From Octopus vulgaris (taxonomy: Eukaryota): a stretch of DNA of 64,000 nt. Made by a program: the position numbers and the translations under genes. The first letter of the stretch is position 1, and every line of letters starts with the position of its first letter. This document shows positions 12,874 through 26,489 of the stretch, in pieces. The notes below the pieces were generated by a model. That model was given only the letters and a program-made list of their open reading frames with translations. It had not been told where the DNA came from and searched no databases. The stretch covers positions 71,548,001 to 71,612,000 of the forward strand of contig OX597816.1 of NCBI GenBank assembly GCA_951406725.2. The letters run 5' to 3'.

Positions 12874-13290
12874 AGGTGCAGGAGTGGCTGTGTGTTAAGT
12901 AGCTTGCTTACCAACCATATGGTTCCGGATTCAGTCCCACTGTGTGGTACCTTGGGCAAGTGTCTTCTACTATAGCTTCGGGCCAACCAAAGCCTTGTGA
13001 GTGGATTTGGTAGATGGAAACTGAAAGCAGCCCATCGTATATATGTGTATATGTGTGTGTGTGTGTGTGTGTTTGTATGTCTGTGTTTGTCCCCCCACCC
13101 CCACCATTGCTTGACAACCGATGGTGGTGTGTTTACATCCCCATAACTTAGTGGTTCAGCAAAAGAGACCAATAGAATAAGTACTAGGCTTACACAGAAT
13201 AAGTCCTGGGGGCGATTTGTTCGACTAAAGGCGATGCTCCAGCATGGCCACAGTCAAAAAACTAGAACAAATAAAAGGATAAGAGAATAT
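12874..13290 (+). mobile_element. SINE family A, full length
   Basis: ggtgcaggagtggctgtgtg...caccttgggcaagtg...ccagcatggccacagtc, A-rich tail. Confidence 0.85.
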
Positions 13291-13825
13291 ATATGCATAT
13301 ATGTGTCAGTGTCTGTGTCCGTGTTGGTTTGTTTGCGTCCCCATAGCTTAGTGGTTGAGCAAAAGAGACCAATAGAATAAGTGTCAGGCTTAAAAATGAA
13401 GTCCTGGGATCAATTTATTTGACTAAAAATTCAAGGTGGTGCTCCAGCATGGCCACAGTTATGACTGAAACAAGTAACAGAAGAATGCACACCAATGCAC
13501 TACATTAAACACACTCTAGTTTTCTAAAGATTATGGTATTTTCTTAGATTCCTCCAAAAACTTGAAATACTTTTGTAGACTGAAACATGGTACATTAGCA
13601 TGTAGTGATACAGGGTCTGAAAATGTCTATATGTTCCCACATTAATTGGAAGTGATGTTAAGAACTTCCCATAGCCTGGAGAAAATGTTCAACTCACTTA
13701 TTAGACTTAGCGACAAGAACAAAAATATGTATTTTTAAAAAGAATGATGAAAAACATGACATAAATGAATATGAGTGGATTCTGGTAAAATGGGTTGGGG
13801 TAAGGATGAGATTTTATGTGTGGTG

Positions 13826-14082
13826 TGAGAGGGGGGGAGGGAGAGAGGGAGAAGAGAGAGAGACTGACAAATAGGGACAGAAAAGAGAGAAGAGGCACAG
13901 AGAGAGAGAGCCAGACAGAGACAGAAGAGAGGGAGAGAGAAGAGAGAGAGGAGAGAGAGAGAAGAGGGAGAGAGGGAGAAGAGGAGGAGAGAAGAGAGGG
14001 AAGAGGGAGAGAGAGAAGGGGAGAGAGAGAAGGGGAGAGAGAGAAAGGGGAGAGAGAAGAGGAAGAGAGAAAAGGAGAGAGT
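13826..14082. repeat. Polypurine (GA/GGA) low-complexity tract
   Basis: Directly visible. Confidence 0.9.
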
Positions 14083-14805
14083 GTTCACATCTCAGCAGAA
14101 GTAGCAATGAAATATTTTTCTGAGCCAAATTATTTAAAAAATCAGAGAAAAATTTCCAAAACTGGAAACAGAATGAAGGATAAAGTGTAAAAGTCTGGCA
14201 AAGACAAAATTCTTAGTTTTTCAAGAAAGAATACAGAACTTTACTTCCATATGGGAAATGACTTTGGTCGATAATCAGAAAAGGTGTCAGTGGAATTTTA
14301 TACTTTATACTTAAAGTAAACTAAGGGTCTGTCTTGTATCAGTCTTGTCAGCTACATCTGCTCCCATAAGAGACAATGGAGGTAGAGAATTGATGTCTTG
14401 GATTGATGCTGTCACCACCTTCAATGAGCAATCATAAGCAAGTAAGCAAGCAAGCAAACTATGGTTGCACAAGAAACAAAGAGGATAAGAAGCAGGAAAC
14501 CCCTACAAGGTCCAGTCCTTGCTGCACTTTGATGGCTGATGTGCTTCAATGACTCTGAGAGCTATGTCAGTAGGGTGAAGTTCTAGGTAGGGTTCCTCAT
14601 GCTGGACAGGTCAAAGGATTAATATGGATCATCTAATAAGAATTTGCATAGAGCTAATACTCTTGCATAAAAAAACCCCCAAAAGACGCAATTTTACGGG
14701 AGCATTAATGATAATTCAAACCCAAACAAGACTTGAGAATGGAAGGCCTGTAAATTTGCGTCTGAAAAATTTGCCTTGAATACTAGAAAATATCATTTTT
14801 ATATA

Positions 14806-15357
14806 CGGTGAGTCAAAAAGTAATGCCATTTTGTTTAGGACAGGTATAATTACCAACACAGGAACATGTGTTATACATCAAGATGAAGCTGGTCCTCTGT
14901 GGATCACATCCCTACTTCTCAACATAGTCACCATTTCTCTTAATAGCAATGTTCCACCTTCGAATGAGAGCATGTATCCCTGCCCTGTAAAATTCTGTTG
15001 ACTGTTCTTTGAGCCACTTCTTCACTACAGTTTTCACTTCCTCATCACTGGAATAATGTTTGTCTCTCAAACCCTCTTTCGTGGCACCAAAGAGATGATA
15101 GTCTGAAGGCACTAAATCTAGTGAGTGTGGAGGTAGTGAAGAAGTTTCTCAAAGAGTATCAACAGAATTTTACGGGGCAGGGATACATGCTCTCATTCGA
15201 AGGTGGAACATTGCTATTGAGAGAAACGGTGACTGTGTTGAGAAGTAGGAATGTGATCCATAGAGGACCAGCTTCATTTTGATGTATGATACATGTTCCT
15301 GTGTTGGTAATTATACCTGTCCTGAACAAAATGGCATTACTTTTTGACTCACCCTCG
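14806..15357. mobile_element. Mariner-derived fold-back element made of two inverted 3' ends
   Basis: TA-flanked TIR cgagggtgagtcaaaaagtaatgcc; minus-strand PPHSLDLVPSDYHLFG...GDYVEK* (mariner YSPDLAPSDYHLF motif); ~210-bp inverted arms. Confidence 0.9.
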
Positions 15358-16129
15358 TATTTATAGTGAGTCAGCTTTCTTGTGATTTGGGATGTAAAAC
15401 ATAATGTTGAGAAGAATTATACATCATCATCATCATCATCATCGTCATTGTCATTCAACATCTGTTTTCTGTGCTGGCATGGGTTGCACTGCACAGTTTG
15501 ACAAGAGTTGACCAGCTGAGAGGCTGTTCAGGCTCCTTGTTAGTTTTGGCATGATTTCTACAGCTGGATGCCCTTCTTAGTGCACAAGAAACAAAGAAAA
15601 AAAGAGGCAGGTAACCCCTACAAGGTCCAGTTCTACAGCTGAATGCCCTTACTAATATCAACTCTTCCTAATGCCTGGTCTTGGATAAAAAGAGAAAAAA
15701 GAAATTTAATGAATATAAAGTGTCGTAAGTTTCCTTAGGGAAACTTATGACATTTCAAGCTCTGACTAGGAACCTACAAAGGTGGTGGAAAACAGGATAC
15801 TTTAAAGATAATTCAAAGTAGAATACTGAGGCAGAGGAGGAAAAAGCAAGGATTCAACTGGAGAGAAGCAGAAAAAACAGCTTAGAGTTGAGAACAATAG
15901 AGAAAAGTTCTCCATGAGTGTTGCTCTAAAGGGCGTGAAGGGCTTAAGAAAGAGATCGGCTGGTACACAGTAGTAGTTAGATGTAGGATCACCCATGAAA
16001 TAAATTTCGTCAAATGCCCAAAAAGTTTTCTAAAAGAGATGGCAGTTACTGGTATCTAGGAAACCTAATTATCAGCGGATGTGGATGTTATGAAAGCATG
16101 GGTGCCAGAGTGAGAATGGAGCAGAAAAA

Positions 16130-16585
16130 GTCCAAGAAAATTTAATCACTATTGGTAACAAAAGGATTTTGTCTCAGGATAAAAGGTAGACAGTATGGAG
16201 CTTGTGTATGCAATATAATATTGTATTGTAAGAATGATGTGTGAAGGCTGGAAAGAAATGAGAAGAGTATTCTCCATTGGATGTTTAAATTTTGCATGAA
16301 TAAATGATGGCATGCAAAGAAACTAAAGGAAAACTGAGAACAAGTTAAACGAGACGTTGTATAGAAGAGAGAGAATGGCACTGGCATAAAACCCAAAGAC
16401 GGTAACAGGCTGGTAAATATGTACTAAGTGATTCTTACAGAAGGAGAAATCAACCAAGGCACAAGAAGAAAGTGGTGAAAGCTGATGCAGAGGAACTGAA
16501 TGAAATGACGGAGGATTACAAGAATTATTGAAACACTGTGTTGGAGAAGACCCATCCAATCCGTAGAAACATAAGAAAGCAGACA
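16130..16585 (+). pseudogene. Old decayed RTE ORF2 fragment
   Basis: LLVTKGFCLRIKGRQYGACV aligns with LLVTKGLSLRVKGRLYDACV of the young LINE. Confidence 0.7.
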
Positions 16586-16599
16586 TAAACTTTTGTAGT

Positions 16600-16704
16600 G
16601 GTTCTTCAGTTTTACTAAGTCCTGTAAAAGAACTTGAAAGGTTGAATCTCCAACCAGGCCTTTCGCGATACCCTTAAAGCCAGGAACTTTTCAGCACCCC
16701 CTCG
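16600..16704. mobile_element. Mariner-type terminal fragment
   Basis: Ends in aaagccaggaacttttcagcaccccctcg, a mariner-like TIR (cgaggggg...aaaagt). Confidence 0.5.
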
Positions 16705-16714
16705 TGTATGTTTG

Positions 16715-16751
<37 letters not shown>

Positions 16752-16907
16752 GTATATATATATGACAGGCTTCCACACAGTTTCCATTTACCAAATTCAC
16801 TCGCAAGGCATTGGTTGATTCAGACTCAAAGCTTTAGGTTACTTAATGTGGCGCAGTGGGACTGATCCCAATATGACATGGTTGCAAATTGAGCTCCTTA
16901 ACACTAA

Positions 16908-16990
<83 letters not shown>

Positions 16991-18849
16991 ATAAAGTCTG
17001 CTCTGCTAGATCAGAGCTGATCTGGGCCCTAAGCAATAACAATAGCAATACAATACAAAACTCCCTACACTAAGTTAAAACCATACTTCCTTCCTGTTTA
17101 TTTGTTCTTAAAACAAATTTATTGATTTCTTAACATCAATATTTAATCTATCAATCTACTGAAATATTATTATTAATCAATTCTGCCTTCTGTTGAAATT
17201 TGTAGAAATTTAATTATTGATGGTTAAAAACAAATTTTTTTTTTTTTTTTTCCCCCTATTTTAAATTGATCTTTACATTATTTAGTTGCAACTTTCGATT
17301 GATTAATTTTGCATGCTTAATTAACAAAACATTTATTTAGTACATAAGACTTCTTGTTATTGTTCTTATTTCGCCCTCAGCCAGCCTGAATTCAGCAGGT
17401 CTATGAATAAAAGATACTTCCAGCAATGAGCATCCGGCTGTTTTCTCAGCATCATCATCATTTAACGTCTGCTTTCCATGCTAGCATGGGTTGGACGATT
17501 TTGACTGAGGGCTGGCAAACCAGATGGCTGCACCAGGCTCCAATCTTGATTTAGCAGAGTTTCTACAGCTGGATGCCCTTCCTAACACCAACCATTCTGA
17601 GAGTGTAGTGGGTATTCATTTTCCATACTGGCATGGATTAGACAGCTTGGCAGGAACTTTCAAGGCCAGGGGTTGCATCAGGTTCCATTGTCTGTTTTTG
17701 GCTTGGTTTCTAGAGATGGATGCCCTTCCTGATGCCGACCACTTCACAGAGTGTACAGGGTGCTTTTTATGCAGCACCAGCACCCATATTCTTTTATTCT
17801 TTTACTTGTTTCAGTCACATCATCTTTTCTTTCTTTTCCATCTGAGGTAGCCATGGCCCTTTTCTAATGCAAGACACCTTTCTGTCCCTTAATACTATTC
17901 TCCCAGCTGAGGGGTCTTGTCCTGCAAGATACTAGGTAACCTCAATGCTGCTAGGGCCACATAAAAAGCACTCTGTTGGCATTGGGAAGGGCATCCAGTC
18001 ATAGAAACCATGCCAAAATGAACAGCAGATCTTCGTGTAGTCTTCTGATTTGCCTGTTCCTGTCAAACCATCCATCCCATGCCAACATGGAAAAATAAAG
18101 ATTAAGTGATGATGACAATGAAGCCAGGAAATCTGAGGAGAAGTTTAATCTCTTACACTGACACCTATATTTGTCTGGTGCTCTGATACTTTATTTTATC
18201 AGAAAATAATAAAGAAAAAAAAAAAGAAAAAAAAAGAGAAGGGCAAAGTTGACCTTGGTAGGATTTGAACTCATAATGTAAAGAGTCAGAAGAAACAATG
18301 CAAGGCATTGTTACCAATGCTCTAACAATTCTCTCAATCTACTGTTCAGTTTGCTTTGCTAAATAATAAACCCCTGAGTGTAAAGTAAATAAAGAAAGAA
18401 CCCTTTGAGAATAGACTGAATCAGGTTGATTAATGCTTGTCCATGCTTAAAGAATATAATGGAAACCTAACGGTAATATTTGAACTAATTAACTTGCAAT
18501 TAGCAATGCATATTCAAGAAAATTAAATAAATATATAAATAGATAAACGAATGCAGCTTGAAGTGTTATTTGAGACATTATAAGCTCCAATTCGGAAAAG
18601 AGATGCAAGTCTTGTTACAGTTTGGTTCTTATAATGTTTAATTATAAATGTTAGCAATTAATTCATAAATCACAATTTGGCTTTTTTTTTCTTTAGCTGC
18701 TTTAATTTAGATTTCCGATTGATAGTAATTAAAACTATCAAAAAATCTTTAAAAAAAAAAAAGTAGATTGTGAGATCATGAGAAACTAAATCTCTAGCAA
18801 TGACAGAGACAAGTAAAGGCAAGGAACTAAGGTAATCATGATAACTTAT

Positions 18850-19070
18850 AAGGGCTGGTTTCCTGGTTTCATAGTGTATATACACCTGACCTGGAATGGG
18901 ATGGCCATCAGTTGCAGGGTTACTCAATTTTGCCAGCTGAGTGGACTTGAGCAACATGAAATGAAGTACTTTGCCCAGGAGCACAATGCTTTGCCTGGTC
19001 CAGAAATTGAAACCTCAGTCTTACAAACATGTGTCCAACAACCTAAACCACTAAACCATGCGCCTCCACA
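18850..19070 (-). mobile_element. tRNA-derived SINE, family D
   Basis: Minus head gtggaggcgcatggtttagtggttt; body homologous to 55513-55638 and 47960-48195. Confidence 0.7.
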
Positions 19071-19204
19071 ATAGAGACAGGATTGTGGTGCAAAATTAGA
19101 ATGTTTTCTGAACTATGACAAGACAAACTAAAGATCTTCAGCTGCTGGAACAGGGGTCTCATTTTGCAAACTGGCAGGGATCGGATTAGTCGTGGACAAC
19201 TATG

Positions 19205-19234
19205 CTATACATACATACATACATACACACGCAC

Positions 19235-19271
<37 letters not shown>

Positions 19272-19580
19272 TGCACACACACATACATATACATGCACAC
19301 ACTCATACATGCACACACACACACATATATACACACATATACACATACACACATATATACACATATACACACACATATACATACACATATACACACACAT
19401 ATTCATACATACACATATATACACAAACACACACATATACACACACACATAGATACAAACAAACATATGCACAGACAAACATATACACATATATACAAGC
19501 ACACATATATATATGAACATACACACATATACACACACACATACACACACACATACACACACACATGCACTCACACACAT
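19205..19580. repeat. (CA/TA)n microsatellite
   Basis: Directly visible. Confidence 0.95.
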
Positions 19581-20357
19581 GCTGTGTAAATGCACCCATG
19601 CCAGTGGCACATAAAAAACATCCAGCTACCTCTGTAAAGTGGTTGGCATTAGGAAGGGCATCCAGCCACAAAAACCATGCCACAACACACAGTTGAAATC
19701 TAGACAGTTCCCAGCTGGACAGCTCCATGTTAAAGCATTCAATCCATGCCATCATGGAAAACGGACATTAAATGAAGATAATGACGATACACCTACCCCA
19801 GTCCTCTCTACTACTAGTACCTCTTGTCTTGCAAGTTACCCAAGGACCCTGTCAGTCACTGGTGCTATGCATGCAAAAAGCATCAGTGGATCATACAACT
19901 AAATATTGGTTTCTAAGTTTGGAACAAGGGCAATGATTTCAGGGAAGATGCTTAGACAATTACATCAACCCTAGTTTTTAACTAGTTCTTTTTTTATTGA
20001 CCCTGGAAGGACGAAAGGCAAAGTCAACCTTGGCAGAATTGAACTCAAAACATAAGGACTGATGAAATGCCACTAAGCATTTGGCCCAGCATGCTAATGA
20101 TTCAGCCAGCTCACCATCTTAAATGAAACAAGTAATAGTCTTTTCTACTCAAGGCACAAGGCTTGAAATTTTAGGGGAGGGTGCCAGTCGATTATATCGA
20201 CCCCAGTGCATAACTGGTACTTATTTAATCAACCCCGAAAGGATGAAAGGCAAAGTTGACCTCGGCGGAATTTGAATGATACAAATTTTGTAAATACATC
20301 AAAGATTTTCAAAAATGTCTTTCATCTAAAGATTCTTAGTTTTCCTTCTATAAAAAT

Positions 20358-20643
20358 CAAATAGAAATTGTAGTTGTGATACTCATGCCAGTGGCATGTA
20401 AAAAGCACCATCTAAACATGGCCGATGCCAGCGCCGCCTTGACTGACTTCCGTGCCGGTGGCATGTGAAAAGCACCCACTACACTCATGGAGTGGTTGGC
20501 GTTAGGAAGGGCATCCAGCAGTAGAAACACTGCCAGATCAGACTGGAGCCTGGTGCAGCCTCCTGGCTTCCCAGACCCCGGTTGAACCGTCCAACCCATG
20601 CTAGCATGAAAAACAGACGTTAAACGATGATGATGATGATGAT
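20358..20643 (+). mobile_element. RTE LINE 3'-UTR copy with (GAT)n tail
   Basis: Closely matches the LINE 3' UTR including aatggaatt/gtac..gtgccggtggca segment. Confidence 0.85.
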
Positions 20644-21352
20644 ATTGTGTTAGTTAAATCCATTATCTATAGTAATGAATTAAGATTCTTGCTTCATAAA
20701 AGATAATGGTTTTTTACCTCTGTTTGAAAACATCATAACTGCTGTTGATAATTCGTCAGTATTCAATGATGCCAAAATGTATCTTTTCAGCAATGAGAGT
20801 GCATGTGACTACACAGGCCAGAACTAGGAGCACATAGGTGCCCACAAGTGTCACACCAATAACCTGTTGTCTGGACTGAGGTGGACACTGCCCTGTTTGA
20901 AAACAGAGATGGTGTTGTGAATTTCCACTTCGGCATCTGAAACTCAGAGTTTTATCTTGACTATCGAATAATGTAACATATTATTGTATAGATAAATTTC
21001 CTCTATTTACATAATATTGAGGTCTCTTTCTTTCTTTTGTTATCTTACCGTTTTATCAATATATATATATATATATATACATACACACACACACACACAG
21101 AGGCAACTGTACTTAATGTGTTGAACTGAAAATAATTTGTAATCAATTGAAATTTTAACTGTAATGGGAACACATACATATATAAATATACAAGGATTCA
21201 CTAACATACATACATACATATACATGCGAACATTAACATGTACACATATTTACAGATGCACACAAACACACACACATATATATACACACACACATATATA
21301 TACACACATTTATATATATATATATACACACACACACATATATACACACATT

Positions 21353-21402
<50 letters not shown>

Positions 21403-21404
21403 TT

Positions 21405-21452
<48 letters not shown>

Positions 21453-21459
21453 CACACAT

Positions 21460-21538
<79 letters not shown>

Positions 21539-21959
21539 AAACATACTTACTTACACACACATATGCAAACCGTAAGAGCTAGCTATATATCAAGAACTCA
21601 TTATTTAATTTGTCTTCCCTTTCACATCATTGTTTACTCAAGAGATGGCTTCTAATCATAGACCTCTAATTATATTTCAACAACTACAGAAAATCCTATT
21701 TCGCTAACACTGACTTCCCTCGCCCCCCCACCCACCCACATACTCCTTCCTTATTTTATCTCTATCTTCAATTTATTTTCTTTATCCTTATCTTTGCTTG
21801 TTTGCTTGTTTCTTTCTTTCTTTCTTTCTTTCTATCACCATACCAATCTGTCATGTACAGGTTACAATATTGAAGGAGCTTGAAGTTGTCTCGTATTCAT
21901 TCGAATATTTGAATTCTTTTTTTGTTTTTGTTTTTGTCGTTTTCAAATAAATATAAGTT

Positions 21960-22008
<49 letters not shown>

Positions 22009-22104
22009 TTGTAAATGGCTTTATTCAACATAGATTGTGTGGTTTTGTTGTGACTGTATACTCTAACATTACTCTTTCTAGTCTGTCCAAGAAAAGAAAG
22101 AAAG

Positions 22105-22228
22105 AGAGACAGACAGATAGATAGATATAGACAGACAGACAGACAGATAGATAAATAGATAGATAGATATAGAGAGACAGACAGACAGATAGATAAATAG
22201 ATAGATAGATATAGAGAGACAGACAGAC

Positions 22229-22326
<98 letters not shown>
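22105..22326. repeat. (GATA/GACA)n tetranucleotide microsatellite
   Basis: Directly visible. Confidence 0.95.
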
Positions 22327-22327
<1 letters not shown>

Positions 22328-22964
22328 GTTAAATATAGGTAGACAGTTACCAATAGATGGATAGATAGCAATCAACAGATAGCTATCAAAAGGTAGCTGT
22401 TGATAGATAGATTGTAGGGAGTAAAAAATTCCAATGCAGCTGTTCAGTAGGGGGTCTTCAAAGAAGGGCCCCCATATGTAAATGTTTTGGCCCTTAACTC
22501 CTTTTACTCTAATAAGGCTGGGCTGCTTCCAGGTCATGGCTTTAAGATAAGCCTCTGCTCACAGTCTGTACTATTGTCTGCACTGCAACCATCTTGGATG
22601 ATCAAGGTGTCCCAAAGCCAATAGTAATCAGGGTACTGTAACAAGATTCAGTTTATACTAAAGCAGACACTGGAACATGATGCAGTCCTTGGGCCCATCG
22701 GATCCTGTTAAGCCATCTAACCCATGCCAATAAGGAGCATCATCATCATCGTCGTTTAACATATGTTTTCCATGCTAGCATGGGTTGGACAGTTTGACCG
22801 GGGTCTGGGAAGCCAGGAGGCTGCGCCAGGCTCCAGTCTGATCTGGCAATGTTTCTACAACTGGATGCCCTTTCTAATGCCAACCACTCCGTGTGTGTAA
22901 TGGGTGCTTTTTACGTGCCATTGACACAGGGGCCAGGTGAGGCTGATGGATGCTAAATGATGAC

Positions 22965-23465
22965 AATAGTGAGCAAGAGAGGAGACCGTGCTGGTACGAT
23001 GATGTAATGCATATGAATGAAGACAATTGACCAAGAGGTGCTGATTTCTAATTGTAGAGGGAATATGTGGAAGGGGTAGACCAGGGATGAAGTGGTCAGA
23101 AAGGATCTTTAGATGTTGGGCCTTACAGAGGGGATAACAGGGAACCAAGACACCTGGTGGTTTGCTGTGCATGAGAAAACATGTCAAGCTAAGTAAAATT
23201 GTGGTTGCCCTTGTATAAAGGTATGCTCCCTGCATCCCTCTTCAGTTGAGCGTTCCTAATCTTGTGAACTCAAGAGTGCTGGTGCCATGTAAAAGGCAAC
23301 CAGTACATTCTATAAAGTGGTTGGCATTAGGAAGGGCATCTGGCCATATAAATCATACCAAAACAGACATGGAACTTGGGCAACTCTTCAGCTGGCCAGC
23401 ATCTGTCAAACTATCCAACCCATGCCAGCATGGAAAACAGATGTTAAATGATGATGATGATGGTG
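22965..23465 (+). mobile_element. Decayed RTE 3' fragment (ORF end, 3' UTR, (GAT)n tail)
   Basis: QERRPCWYDDVMHMNED...GRGRP aligns with QERRLRWYGHVARMDED...GRGRP. Confidence 0.75.
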
Positions 23466-24249
23466 GTGGTAATGTGTATGTATGTATGTATGTATGTATG
23501 TATGTGTGTGTATATGTTTGTGCTTCTGTGTTTGTCCCCCCAACATCACTTGACAACCGATGCTGGTGTGTTTACATCCCTGTAACTTAGCAGTTCGGCA
23601 TGCTAATGACGAATATTGCATTCATTTTCTTTCTTTCATTTTTTTTTCTTCTTTTTTTTTTGCAGAAAATTAAGAATTAACAAATTAACAAGCTAGAAGC
23701 ATTTAATGTTATACATTCTTAGCCAATGAAATGAGTTCAGTGTCCTCACAAGTGGAAGTCAAAACTGTTTACTGCCATGGCAACCTAATTGTCATGACAA
23801 CAGAATATTGTCAAGAGTAGCCATGTGGCTCTTTTACAACATGAACCTGGTCTACCCCCAACCCCTTCCCTTGTACCTTAACCCCCATCTAACACACAGG
23901 CATAGCATCCTTCCTCTCTGGGTTAGTTGACTTTTGTGCTGGAGGCACAAGAAAAGCACCCAGTACACACTGTTAAGTAGTTGACATTAAGAAAGGGCAT
24001 CTAGCCGTGGAAACCATGCCAGAGCTGACACTAGAGCTCAATGCAGTCCTTTGACTGCATTGAGTCAAATCGGCCAAACCATGCCAGCACAGAACTTGGA
24101 TGCTAAATGATGGCAAAAATTGGATGGTTTGACAGGAACCAGCAAGGCTGGAGAGCTGTGCCAGGTTCCTTTGTGTGCTTTGGCATGGTTTCTACAGCTG
24201 GATGTCCTTCCTAATGCCAACCACTTCACAGAGTGTACTGGGTGCTTTT

Positions 24250-24730
24250 TACGTGGCACCAGCACAGGTGCTTTTTACATGACACGAGTGCAGGTGCTTT
24301 TTATGTGACACGAGTGCAGGTGCTTTTGTTGTGGCACCAGCACAGGTGCTTTTTACTTGACACCAACACAGGTGCTTTTTACATGGCAGCAGCACAGGTG
24401 CTTTTTACGTGACACCAGCGCAGGTGGTTTTTACGTGACACCAGTGCAGGTGACTTTTACATGACACCAGCACAGGTGCTTTTTACATGACACGAGCACA
24501 GGTGCTTTTTATGTGACGCCAGTACAGGTGCTCTTTATGTGGCACCAGTGCAGGTGCTTCTTATGTAGCACCAGTACAGGTGCTTTTCATGTGGCACCAG
24601 TGCCGGTGTTTTTTAAGTGGCACCAGCACAGGTGCTTTCTATGTGAAACTGGCACAGGTGTTTTTTATGAGGCACCAGCACTGGTGCTTTCATATGTGGC
24701 ACCAGCACTGGTGCTTTTATATGTGGCACA
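24250..24730. repeat. ~26-bp minisatellite (ggcaccagcacaggtgctttttacgt) within an RTE 3'-UTR copy
   Basis: Roughly 18 degenerate tandem units directly after the LINE-tail sequence starting at ~24120. Confidence 0.9.
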
Positions 24731-25202
24731 GCCCAAGGGCATGCATAGAGCACTGTCATGGTTGTGTGAGTAAGAAGCTTGCCTCCCAACCACATTCTTT
24801 CAGGTTTAGTCCAATCTCTCACAATAACATGTTTGACCATGGATAAATATTACTTTACTTGGAGATAAAAGAGGGGTGGGCAACTGAGAGAGCATCCAGC
24901 TGTAGAAAATCTGCTTCATTGCTTTCTATCTGACCCATACAAGTATGGAAAGGTAAACATTTAAAATCACAACAACGATGCATGTCTGTTTTTAGGTTTC
25001 CTATACTTTAAAACCTAGTGTTGTATATTTTGTATTCCTCTGTACTTCTTCACTTAGTGATTCAACAAACAAAGATCAATGAAATATGTACTGGACTGAA
25101 ATAATTTCATGGGGCTGATATAATCAATTAAAACCCTTGAAAGCAGAGTTTCAGCATGGCTGGAGTCTATTGACTGAAACAAATATAACTCTGTGTGTGT
25201 GT

Positions 25203-25241
<39 letters not shown>

Positions 25242-25499
25242 TCTGGTTTTGAACATAATTCAATTGTCCAGTTGCTTTCTTAACTCATTTGCAGAAGAAT
25301 AAGTTCCTTAAATAGATTCCCTCAAAAGAAATAAATCTCACAACAAACATTTAACTTGGGTATTCTAACAGCCAATGTGATAAGCATTGAAGAATGGAAT
25401 ATAACACCATTACTCTCAGAAAAACCACTCAAAGAAATTACTTCTTTAGATTTACACTACAGTCAAGAACAATCCAAGCTATGAAACCATTTTGACGTA

Positions 25500-25662
25500 A
25501 AAGATTTCCAGCCATTTCCTGTAAAATTTCCAATGAAGAAAGAAGAATGTCAAATGGGATTAAGATCTCTTAGTGAATGAAGAAACTGCTGAGAATGGTT
25601 CTTTATTATGCTTCACCCATTTCTGTGAAGGTGAAAAAGGAAATATGTACAATGTAACATTG
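25500..25662 (+). pseudogene. Possible decayed THAP-domain relic
   Basis: FQPFP...EERR.. (frameshifts) ..LLCFTHFCEGEKGNMYNV resembles THAP FP / CxxHF..G.K motifs. Confidence 0.3.
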
Positions 25663-25771
25663 GATGTCTTATTCTGAAATATCAAGTGATGCCTTTCAGC
25701 TTTGTTTTCGGTAATTCTCCATAGATTGACATCAAAAAGGGACTATAATCTATATAATTATTTATACGATA

Positions 25772-25809
<38 letters not shown>

Positions 25810-26489
25810 TATATATATGAGATATATATACAAGATATATATACGAGATATATATATACAAGATATATATACGAGATATATATACAAGATATATATATAT
25901 TATATATATAATACAATCAACAAGATAGACTATGAACCATTTCATGAGATTACATCATAATTGCATAATTCACTCATCATACACACAAGCAACCTCTGGC
26001 CACTTTGAATATATGCACATATATATATATATATATATATGTAAAATGTGTAAATAATTCCAATCTGATTTCTTGTAATACCAGAAACGATGCCATGTTA
26101 TTGCACCCAGTTGTCAAACAAGTGGCATTTCCTAGATTGTCGGCATAAATTACTGACAGCAAGGTGAAGCTAACTATATTGAATTAAGTGCACTAATATA
26201 TTAGATATTGACATACCTACTATGAAATTGAACTCAGCCATTTCAACTCAACCTAAACACGTCAACAAATCCATCACAAACTATGGTTCAATGAACAAAT
26301 GATGAAAATATGAAAATATTATTACACAAGTTAATGGATTTTTATCTAACTGGGTGACTAATCACAACATCAGTGATTTTGCAATCAATTTCCCTATATC
26401 AGGAGTAATAGATTTTGTATTAACATGTGGTTGGCAGTGGGTATATACAATTGATGAAGCCCAAGGATGCAGAAATGCGCATCAAGCAT

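Noticed and set aside
20890-20955. Hammerhead 3' half (catct-GAAA-ctcagagtt)
   Set aside because: No recognisable CUGANGA core upstream; too decayed to call.
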